This document shows positions 7,765 through 14,212 of a stretch of DNA of 25,843 nt, piece after piece. Where the stretch lies: positions 1 to 25,843 of the IMG/VR virus record IMGVR_UViG_3300017726_001890; one strand, written 5' to 3'. Every line of letters begins with the position of its first letter. The first letter of the stretch is position 1. The position numbers were made by a program, and so were the translations under genes. The notes under the pieces are model-generated. The model was given only the letters and a program-made list of their open reading frames with translations. It did no database searches and was not told the DNA's origin. The stretch comes from a virus (lineage: Duplodnaviria > Caudoviricetes).

Positions 7765-7870
7765 ATATTTATTTATCCTTAATTTAAGTTTTGTAAACAG
7801 AAAAGACACAAGTTTGGCTACCGTTTTGAGCAAATAACGTATACAATTGCGTAACACTCTCGATTGCATT
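7765..7870. promoter_or_regulatory. Divergent promoter region (lysis-lysogeny switch)
   Basis: AT-rich gap between divergent regulators; TACAAT at 7842-7847 on +; no confident operator seen. Confidence 0.6.
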
Positions 7871-8335
7871 ATGGGAATCAAACTGACGGATAATATGAAA
7901 GGACTTATCTCCCATGCTATTAAGGCTAAGGGATTGAGCAAAAAACGAATTGCTGAATCGGTTGGTCTTAGTCAACCTTGGGCTACTTATCTCACTCGTC
8001 CTCTCAATAGCGGTGGATTGCGCTCTCTGACAGACGATCAGACCAAAGTTCTTTCAAAATTGCTCGATTTGGAGTTTGTCGAGCTTCTGGAATCCAACCG
8101 GCCAACGGAGTCAGCGATGCGACTAAGCCGACTGGCGAGAGAAGATCCACTGCTGAATAATTTGATGGTTTCGCTTGACCTCTACGCCTGCGAATGTGAC
8201 CGCTTCAAGTCAAATAAACTCACCGATCAGGATCTGATCGATCTCGGAAGTAAATTCATTAAGATCGTTGAGAGCCGTAAGAAGAGTCCGCAAGAAACAG
8301 CACAAGAGATTCTTGACCTAATTAGTAGGAATTAA
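7871..8335 (+). CDS. XRE-type HTH repressor (CI-like, no S24 peptidase domain)
   Basis: AIKAKGLSKKRIAESVGLSQPWATYL HTH; divergent from the early operon; ATG 7871 preferred over TTG 7847. Confidence 0.75.
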   Translation: MGIKLTDNMKGLISHAIKAKGLSKKRIAESVGLSQPWATYLTRPLNSGGLRSLTDDQTKVLSKLLDLEFVELLESNRPTESAMRLSRLAREDPLLNNLMVSLDLYACECDRFKSNKLTDQDLIDLGSKFIKIVESRKKSPQETAQEILDLISRN

Positions 8336-8336
8336 T

Positions 8337-8543
8337 TAGCACACAATTTCTAGCACACGGTTAAAAGTGAAAATCTTCAAACCTTTATAGAATAAGCAAA
8401 AGGGGCATTAGCTCAGTTGGTAGAGCATCTGCATGGCATAACCGCGAGCGGCCCTGAAACCCGTATAAAATAAAGGATCTTGCTGAATCAGGTATTGCAA
8501 TTTGTGCTAATTTTGCCCACTTTAGCACACGTTTTTAGCACAC
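8337..8543. mobile_element. attP site with integrase arm-type repeats
   Basis: TAGCACAC at 8337, 8351, 8523 and 8536, inverted TGTGCTAA at 8503; these flank a truncated tRNA directly upstream of the integrase. Confidence 0.85.
8402..8439 (+). tRNA. 5' half of tRNA-Ala(GGC), truncated at the end of the anticodon loop (att identity block, not a functional tRNA)
   Basis: GGGGCAT-TA-GCTC-AGTTGGTA-GAGC-A-TCTGC-ATGGCAT; no 3' anticodon stem, T-arm or 3' acceptor strand follows. Confidence 0.9.
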
Positions 8544-8544
8544 T

Positions 8545-9534
8545 GTGAAAGGCATCTACAAACGAAGGCAAACGTTCTGGTTTCGCTTTACGGCGAACCG
8601 CAAGCAGCATCGCGTCTCTCTCGGAACAAACGACGAGATCGAAGCAATCGAAATTGCTCACAAAATTCTCGCCAATCCCCTCCCCTATATCAATGGTGAA
8701 AGTTACGTCACTGACTTGATCAATCAATATCGGAAGCATTGCATTGTCGAAAAGTATCAGACTGAAGGATGGGCCGTCGATCAAGGCATTAGAATAACTG
8801 CCTTCTGCCGCGATTTTAAGATCCACCACCCGACACAAATTACTGTCCAGAGTATCAAGCGATGGTTGTCGCTTTACGCGAATGAGAATACAGCGATCCA
8901 GCAGCTTGCTATCCTCTCTCGTTTTACCCGCTGGTTGACTGCGAACGGCCATATTATGGTCGATCCCTGTCTGGAGATCCCTCGGAAGAAACAGGTCAAA
9001 CGTCCTCGATACAATTTTCTCAACCGGGAGCAGGCGCGTTCCTTGATCGAAACTGCAAAAGGCGACAGAGATATGTCGATGCTCGTCTTTCTCGGACTGC
9101 AAGCTGGATTGAGGAAAAATGAATGTCTCCATGCGACTCCTGACTGGATCGACCTCAAATCAAAACTGCTGCACGTTAAAGGAAATATAGATTGGAGTCC
9201 AAAGAATGGCCGGGATAGAACGATTCCGATCACGGATGAGTTTGCTGATTTCCTAGAGTCAATCGAGATCCCGCAGCCATACCTGGTGCGACCAAGCGCG
9301 AGGAACGTAGGCCGATACAGATGGGATTTCCGCAAGGCGTTCAATTCTCTCCGGGAGAAAGCTGGCGTTGAATGCACGTTCCACGATCTTCGCAGATCAT
9401 TCGGAAGTCTCCATGCTTCAGCCGGAACGAGTCCTTATAAGGTTGCCAAATGGCTAGGCCATTCGATAATCGTGTTTGAACAGCACTACGGTCATCTGAT
9501 TCCAGCCGATGACGAAATCAATAACGCTTGGTGA
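8545..9534 (+). CDS. int: Tyrosine integrase
   Basis: GLRKNE (R), PKNG (K), FHDLRRSF (HxxR), LGH and HY (Y); N-terminal arm-binding-like beta domain. Confidence 0.95.
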   Translation: MKGIYKRRQTFWFRFTANRKQHRVSLGTNDEIEAIEIAHKILANPLPYINGESYVTDLINQYRKHCIVEKYQTEGWAVDQGIRITAFCRDFKIHHPTQITVQSIKRWLSLYANENTAIQQLAILSRFTRWLTANGHIMVDPCLEIPRKKQVKRPRYNFLNREQARSLIETAKGDRDMSMLVFLGLQAGLRKNECLHATPDWIDLKSKLLHVKGNIDWSPKNGRDRTIPITDEFADFLESIEIPQPYLVRPSARNVGRYRWDFRKAFNSLREKAGVECTFHDLRRSFGSLHASAGTSPYKVAKWLGHSIIVFEQHYGHLIPADDEINNAW

Positions 9535-9535
9535 T

Positions 9536-10072
9536 ATGCCGCCGTATTCCGATCCCGAAGAGCAGAAAGCGTATCGCAGGCGATGGTATCGTGAAAACTA
9601 TGCTCGCGACAAAGATTTCAGGCTGGAAGAGCTTCAGCGCAAGCAGGAAGCTCATCCTCGTCTCCGCGATAAAAAGATTGAGTATTATCGCTCGACCAAC
9701 GTGCCAAGAGATATTGAAATCTCTGTAGCGGTGACCCCGGATGAGTTTGATCTGTTTAGAAAGGCAGCAAAGCGAATAGGCAAGCGTGTTGGCCCCACAA
9801 TCCGCATCCTCGCGCTCGACCAGTTCACTGATTCAGAGCGTCTTGAACTTCGCCGGAAATGGTATCGAGACAACGTCAGCAGTGATCAACTACGTGCCTT
9901 AAAGACCATTGGAGCCGACATTAACTCGGTCAACCTCTCTCGCACAGTCTATCCGAAATCCGTCACGGTGAAGCTGACTAGCGATGAAGCGTTGCTAGTG
10001 AAGACCAAGTTGCGAAAAAACCAGCAGCTTCGCACTGGCATCAAGGATCTGGCACTTGCGTCGATTTGTTGA
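9536..10072 (+). CDS. Internally duplicated DNA-binding protein (basic helix + RHH-like unit x2)
   Basis: RRWYRENY / RKWYRDNV and ISVAVTPDE...IRILAL / VTVKLTSDE...IKDLAL; ATG 1 nt after the int stop. Confidence 0.65.
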   Translation: MPPYSDPEEQKAYRRRWYRENYARDKDFRLEELQRKQEAHPRLRDKKIEYYRSTNVPRDIEISVAVTPDEFDLFRKAAKRIGKRVGPTIRILALDQFTDSERLELRRKWYRDNVSSDQLRALKTIGADINSVNLSRTVYPKSVTVKLTSDEALLVKTKLRKNQQLRTGIKDLALASIC

Positions 10073-10094
10073 ATAAAAAAGAAATTTTATTCAA
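10069..10094. repeat. Perfect 10-bp inverted repeat at the convergence of transcripts
   Basis: TTGAATAAAA-AAGAAA-TTTTATTCAA; AT-rich, so an operator or weak terminator. Confidence 0.55.
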
Positions 10095-10130
10095 TAAATA
10101 CGATTGCGCTAAACCCCACGAAAAAAGCGG

Positions 10131-10295
10131 TTAAGTCGCAATTGTTGAAGATTCAGTGCTTTCACTGGCCTCCAAAAGAATCATAATAGCAGCGAGCAGT
10201 TCTTCCTCGAAATGTTGCTGGGCAGAGATCCACTTGCCAGAACCCCCACTTTGATCTGCCTCGTAATAACCGTATCCCTCTAACCGATCAGGCAT
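10131..10295 (-). CDS. Small acidic hypothetical protein, 54 aa
   Basis: Manual translation MPDRLEGYGYYEADQSGGSGKWISAQQHFEEELLAAIMILLEASESTESSTIAT*; TGATG overlap with the upstream stop. Confidence 0.5.
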   Translation of the reverse strand: MPDRLEGYGYYEADQSGGSGKWISAQQHFEEELLAAIMILLEASESTESSTIAT

Positions 10296-10585
10296 CACCA
10301 CTTAGTTTTCGAGGCCCAATAAGCCGCCGACATCTTCCCCTTCTTGATATTCCTACCGTGACGCGCCTTGAAGCTCCTACGCTTGTTCTTCATCGCTTGA
10401 GATTCCCCAGCCTTCGGTTTCCCGGCAGTTTTAGCACCCTGCTCCCCAAACCGGATGAGTTTCGTTTTCCCACCCTCGGACGCTAATACCATGTGGCTTT
10501 TCTTAGGATGACCAGGTGTTCGTTTCGGTTTATTGACCTTGCTCAATCGGAACCGTTTCAGAAGTTTCGCTGTTTTATTTTCCAT
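10295..10585 (-). CDS. Highly basic conserved viral protein (DUF5754-like)
   Basis: KPKRTP..PKKSH.V...K.IRFG.QG...RRSFKARH...SAAYWA.K.KW; start MENKT (10585). Confidence 0.8.
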   Translation of the reverse strand: MENKTAKLLKRFRLSKVNKPKRTPGHPKKSHMVLASEGGKTKLIRFGEQGAKTAGKPKAGESQAMKNKRRSFKARHGRNIKKGKMSAAYWASKTKW

Positions 10586-10587
10586 GA

Positions 10588-11766
10588 CTAAAATTTTGGT
10601 CTGACCACAACGCTGCCACACTCGCCGTGTTCGCTATGGTAGGTAGTCGCTCTCGCCCCTGAGTTTGAGAAGTAACCGTGATGCGATGCATAGGCATCTC
10701 TCGCCGCCAGCGTTGGATGCTCTATAACGTGCATACCTCCGACCTCGCTCTCCATCAGTTTTGAAGTGTGGCGATGACCAATGTGAGCGTATCTGTATTT
10801 CGTTTTACCCCACATCTCCGATTCGGTCGCAGCAAACAATCCGGGCAAGGACGGAGGCTTCACCATATGACCGTGATGCATTGCGAGCATCGTTGATCCA
10901 TGTTGATGCGAATAGAAAGGCTTCGGGCTGAGATCGACTGTGACTCTCGGCTCATTTTCGTAAAGAGCAGCGAGCAGTTGCCTCAACCAGATCGAACCAG
11001 ACGAATCATGGTTCCCGGTAGCCATGACCGCATGAACGCTCTCATGCTTCTTCAGAGCGTCGTCTATGACCGTCCTGATGATCTTGACTGCTATTCCTAC
11101 TACCTTCGCGTAACGCCCGTCTCCGTCCAGCACATGGCCACTGGCAGGCGTGACCGGGAGGAGAGAATCCCAATGAAGGAGATCCCCCAACTGGGCTATG
11201 ACGCAGCGTTTAGCTTTAGGACTCTGTTGCACCATCGACCTGAACGCATCGATAACCACGTCCTCTGCGATTTTTAAATCCCAATCTCGATCACCCTCTT
11301 CGTGCCAAGCCAGCATCCCGATGTGGCAATCGGTCAATACATAAAAATTCAATAGCTCCTCATCGCACTTTATCGGTTTCCGAATTGCCGGGAGACGTTT
11401 TACATCTTTCGATAAATCCTCGTAAATTTGTTTGGCAATCTCTAACTCAGCACCCTTGTCGGCATCCGTTTTGACCCACTGTTGCTTAACTTCACCGTCC
11501 TCTCCTAAAAGCGTTGACGTGCCTTTCAGATGGTAGCCGGGAGGACATGGGCTGGTTACATTGTGGGCAGGCGACCAACCTCGACGAGCAGCGTTTGCCT
11601 CGATCCGTTGGATTGTTTTTACCAAAGACGAATGATGTCTATTGAGAACGCGGCTTGCTTTGCGGATCTTACCACCGTTATCGCTGAGTAATTTTAACAC
11701 CGACTTTTGCGTATCGGTCGATGCGTAGTCCAGAAGCGAACTATAATAAAAAGCGTCTTTTTCCAT
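10588..11766 (-). CDS. Calcineurin-like metallophosphoesterase with N-terminal HTH
   Basis: DCHIG, GDLLH, GNHD, HHGH and GHRH motifs; GGGGGA upstream of the ATG. Confidence 0.88.
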   Translation of the reverse strand: MEKDAFYYSSLLDYASTDTQKSVLKLLSDNGGKIRKASRVLNRHHSSLVKTIQRIEANAARRGWSPAHNVTSPCPPGYHLKGTSTLLGEDGEVKQQWVKTDADKGAELEIAKQIYEDLSKDVKRLPAIRKPIKCDEELLNFYVLTDCHIGMLAWHEEGDRDWDLKIAEDVVIDAFRSMVQQSPKAKRCVIAQLGDLLHWDSLLPVTPASGHVLDGDGRYAKVVGIAVKIIRTVIDDALKKHESVHAVMATGNHDSSGSIWLRQLLAALYENEPRVTVDLSPKPFYSHQHGSTMLAMHHGHMVKPPSLPGLFAATESEMWGKTKYRYAHIGHRHTSKLMESEVGGMHVIEHPTLAARDAYASHHGYFSNSGARATTYHSEHGECGSVVVRPKF

Positions 11767-11783
11767 CCCCCCCCTTTTCTCCC

Positions 11784-12431
11784 TTAAAACAATCGAATGT
11801 GCGAGCGAACCAGAGAGAGTTTTCGCTTCTGCGCGTAAACTCCACCGCCCTCACGCGATCCACCGATGTTGGTATTCCCCTCGACCGTGTTTACAAAGCC
11901 GTTCAACTCATCGTCAATTGCCAAACCGATATGGGAAAACGTGTAGACAAGAATGTCTCCAGCTAGAATTTTCTCTTTCGGCTTGAACAGTTTTAGGTTC
12001 TCAGTCCTCGCCCATCGCTCAAAATCCCATGCACCAGCAGTTTGCGGACGCTCAAATGGAAGATCATATTTAGTATCAAGCTGTTGAATCCCCCAGCAAA
12101 TGAATGCCGCGCACCAAGGCCAACCAGAACCGTCCAGCCAAGTTGATGCCTGGTATTTCTCAACATCTGGGCCGCGATTGCTGTTGAGCGGTATCTCGCG
12201 GACACCGGTTTCAGAAACGAGGATGTCGATTAGCTCACTGGTAAGAGGATTCCGTTCACTTCCAGTAGCCGGATTTGATTGAGCTTTTACGGTCTGCAAG
12301 TAGTTTTGATACGCCGCTTTAGTGATCGGCCCCGGAAGTCCTCGCGTAGTGCCATCGTAGAAACCAAGAGCCTTTAGGCCATGCTGGATGACGACCGCAT
12401 CAGATTGCTCAAGATTTTCCCAATCGATCAT
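11784..12431 (-). CDS. Endolysin (PG-binding domain + CHAP amidase)
   Basis: IQHGLKALGFY.G...G.PGPITKAA (PG-binding); WPWCAAF, SHIG and VEGNT (CHAP). Confidence 0.9.
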   Translation of the reverse strand: MIDWENLEQSDAVVIQHGLKALGFYDGTTRGLPGPITKAAYQNYLQTVKAQSNPATGSERNPLTSELIDILVSETGVREIPLNSNRGPDVEKYQASTWLDGSGWPWCAAFICWGIQQLDTKYDLPFERPQTAGAWDFERWARTENLKLFKPKEKILAGDILVYTFSHIGLAIDDELNGFVNTVEGNTNIGGSREGGGVYAQKRKLSLVRSHIRLF

Positions 12432-12661
12432 TTACTGCCGATGATTAAGGCTCTTAAATAACTATACTCACTGTGAAACCGTTGATTGTCCCCTGTGAGA
12501 ACACCTTCCTCAAATTGGTAGGTTTTACCCGGTATCAGAGTCACCGTGGGAGGATCGTATAAAGCCGACCTGTTCACTCGCTCGTTGTTTGCGTTTTGCA
12601 ATCGTCTCGATTCGCAGCTTGGCAGCAGGAGAACCAGACAAAGCAAGGCGATGCATTTCAT
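12428..12661 (-). CDS. Lipoprotein, o-spanin (Rz1)-like
   Basis: MKCIALLCLVLLLPS|C lipobox; overlaps the upstream gene in another frame inside the lysis cassette (alternative ATG 12667). Confidence 0.65.
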   Translation of the reverse strand: MKCIALLCLVLLLPSCESRRLQNANNERVNRSALYDPPTVTLIPGKTYQFEEGVLTGDNQRFHSEYSYLRALIIGSK

Positions 12662-12773
12662 CCTCATAATCCTCTATCTGCCGCTCGATCTTGCGAATCT
12701 CAATGATCGGCAAAACTTTGAGTAAAGCGGTCGCCGCATTAAAAAAAGCAGCGACCGCTCTAAACAGTGTCAT
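12525..12773 (-). CDS. i-spanin (Rz)-like protein
   Basis: Hydrophobic N-terminus followed by a coiled-coil-like helix; ATGA-coupled to the holin. Confidence 0.55.
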   Translation of the reverse strand: MTLFRAVAAFFNAATALLKVLPIIEIRKIERQIEDYEDEMHRLALSGSPAAKLRIETIAKRKQRASEQVGFIRSSHGDSDTG

Positions 12774-12940
12774 GCTGACTTTTCTGGTGCAAATATCGAC
12801 CAGATAGTTCCGATGAGCAGAACAAGGCCACCGATGATCTCTTGTGCAATATCCTCCTGCACATACCCACGCGCCGTAGCGATTCCCGCTCCGAAGGTAA
12901 GCAAGTGACGGATGATTCCTAGTGTTTTTTGTCGATTCAT
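12770..12940 (-). CDS. Small two-TM holin
   Basis: MNRQKTLGIIRHLLTFGAG....G......IIGG.....G.IWS resembles a small phage holin family; start 12940. Confidence 0.78.
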   Translation of the reverse strand: MNRQKTLGIIRHLLTFGAGIATARGYVQEDIAQEIIGGLVLLIGTIWSIFAPEKSA

Positions 12941-12963
12941 AATTGAGGCAATGTTAAAAGTAA

Positions 12964-12979
12964 GCGTCTCCTGAAACCT
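12964..12979 (-). promoter_or_regulatory. Dispersed motif copy 4 (+ strand GCGTCTCCTGAAACCT)
   Basis: Intergenic, 23 nt upstream of the holin ATG. Confidence 0.7.
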
Positions 12980-12996
12980 TATAAAAATCAAGTTTA

Positions 12997-14187
12997 TTAA
13001 GTCCAAGCCGTTAGCTGCGATTGGAACGGGTATTGAATCTGCATACCTAAGACGATAGCCGTTGGCATCCCGGATGAATAATCCCTCGAAATTTTCAACA
13101 TCATTGGCGCACCAGCACTGTATCCAGATCCAATCGAAACTGGATCGGAGACGGAAACCGCACCGTAACTCGTCTCGCCTTCAACAGCAATCGTAGCTGG
13201 CGTAGCGTCGAGCGAATATTCAGTCACGGTTCCATCGAATTCAGGATTATAGTCGCCGCTGCCCTCTCCCGAATAATTGCTTCCGGGCCAGTCAGCATTG
13301 ACCTTGAATTTCCAATCGAATGCCGTCCCGCTCGTTAAAGCGAAATAAATCAATTTCAGTTTCAAAATGCCGCCATTGTAGTCTCCGGGCAGAAGAAACC
13401 GATGATAGGCAGATTCATCTTGAGAGCCTTGGAACCGGGCAACGACCTCATCAATAGTCCCTCCGGTGTGCGCCCCTACGTCCGGGCCTGAAGTTGTATC
13501 TGGAATCAAATCGCCTGCACGAACATTGAAAGTTCCGTAATGAGTTTGGACTAGCGAATCCTCAAGTGTGGATTTGCTAGCCTTCTTCCACGCACCGCCG
13601 ACACTGACCAGAAATGTATCAGCATCAGCCAATGTGCTGGCAGTAGCGAGCGAAGATTCACTAAGTCCGATGGTAGGATTGCCGTCAACGCCATCACCAT
13701 TTGTAATCGCTATAGGCGAGCTTGCTTCCGGTGAAATTGTTCGACCCACAAAAGATCCTGCCGAAACTTGTGAAACAAGCCCGGTTTCCGATGCCGTGAT
13801 GTTACTTGTGCCTGAGTAAACAGAATCCCGGCGAGCCTCCTGAGCGATCATTGTCGCCCGATCGAAGGCAGTCTCCGCTGCTTCGGCTGGGAGAGAACCA
13901 CCCGCTACCAAGTCCAGCGTCTGGATTGCAGGAGTTTCGCGGAAGAAACGGATCGTTGAACTCGTAGGAATTGCAGTGCTGGTTAGAGCTTCCCCGGTCA
14001 CGTTACGGCCTTCGCCATCTTTGGTAGCGACGATAGAAAAATCCGTGAGCGTAGTGATTGTCCCGCCGCTATCGGTCACCTCACACTTGACGTGACTCGC
14101 TTCCAAAAACGGAAACGGAATTGTATAAACCTGCTCGGTTGAATTGTTTCCACTGTAGGAAACTGCTGAATTTTCAGTGGTGATCAT
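12997..14187 (-). CDS. Tail fibre with T7 gp17-like N-terminal adaptor domain
   Basis: YSGN...Y.IPFPFL....V.....I.F.R.TP......L.A...E.AFDR.TMIAQE; Ser/Thr/Gly-rich shaft. Confidence 0.85.
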   Translation of the reverse strand: MITTENSAVSYSGNNSTEQVYTIPFPFLEASHVKCEVTDSGGTITTLTDFSIVATKDGEGRNVTGEALTSTAIPTSSTIRFFRETPAIQTLDLVAGGSLPAEAAETAFDRATMIAQEARRDSVYSGTSNITASETGLVSQVSAGSFVGRTISPEASSPIAITNGDGVDGNPTIGLSESSLATASTLADADTFLVSVGGAWKKASKSTLEDSLVQTHYGTFNVRAGDLIPDTTSGPDVGAHTGGTIDEVVARFQGSQDESAYHRFLLPGDYNGGILKLKLIYFALTSGTAFDWKFKVNADWPGSNYSGEGSGDYNPEFDGTVTEYSLDATPATIAVEGETSYGAVSVSDPVSIGSGYSAGAPMMLKISRDYSSGMPTAIVLGMQIQYPFQSQLTAWT

Positions 14188-14196
14188 ATTATTAGT

Positions 14197-14212
14197 GTAG
14201 TTCCTGAAACCT
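14197..14212 (-). promoter_or_regulatory. Dispersed motif copy 5 (+ strand GTAGTTCCTGAAACCT)
   Basis: 11-bp core exact; overlaps the stop of the giant gene, with the core 14 nt upstream of the tail fibre ATG. Confidence 0.6.

Noticed and set aside
7765-7975. Minus-strand ORF extensions across the switch region
   Set aside because: They overlap the repressor and promoter region; ATG 7764 gives a coherent RHH protein.
8402-8439. Prophage boundary (attL/attR) with host DNA
   Set aside because: Both flanks are phage genes and arm repeats lie on both sides.
8402-8480. Complete or intron-containing tRNA-Ala gene
   Set aside because: No 3' anticodon stem, T-arm or 3' acceptor strand found after 8439; arm repeats and the integrase point to an att site.
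8488-9377. Antisense ORFs of 214 and 167 aa
   Set aside because: Shadows of the integrase with no motifs.
1202-14212. Dispersed motif as an ECF-sigma -35 (TGAAAC) on the + strand
   Set aside because: No shared -10 about 16 nt downstream in the copies checked, and it would point antisense to the genes.
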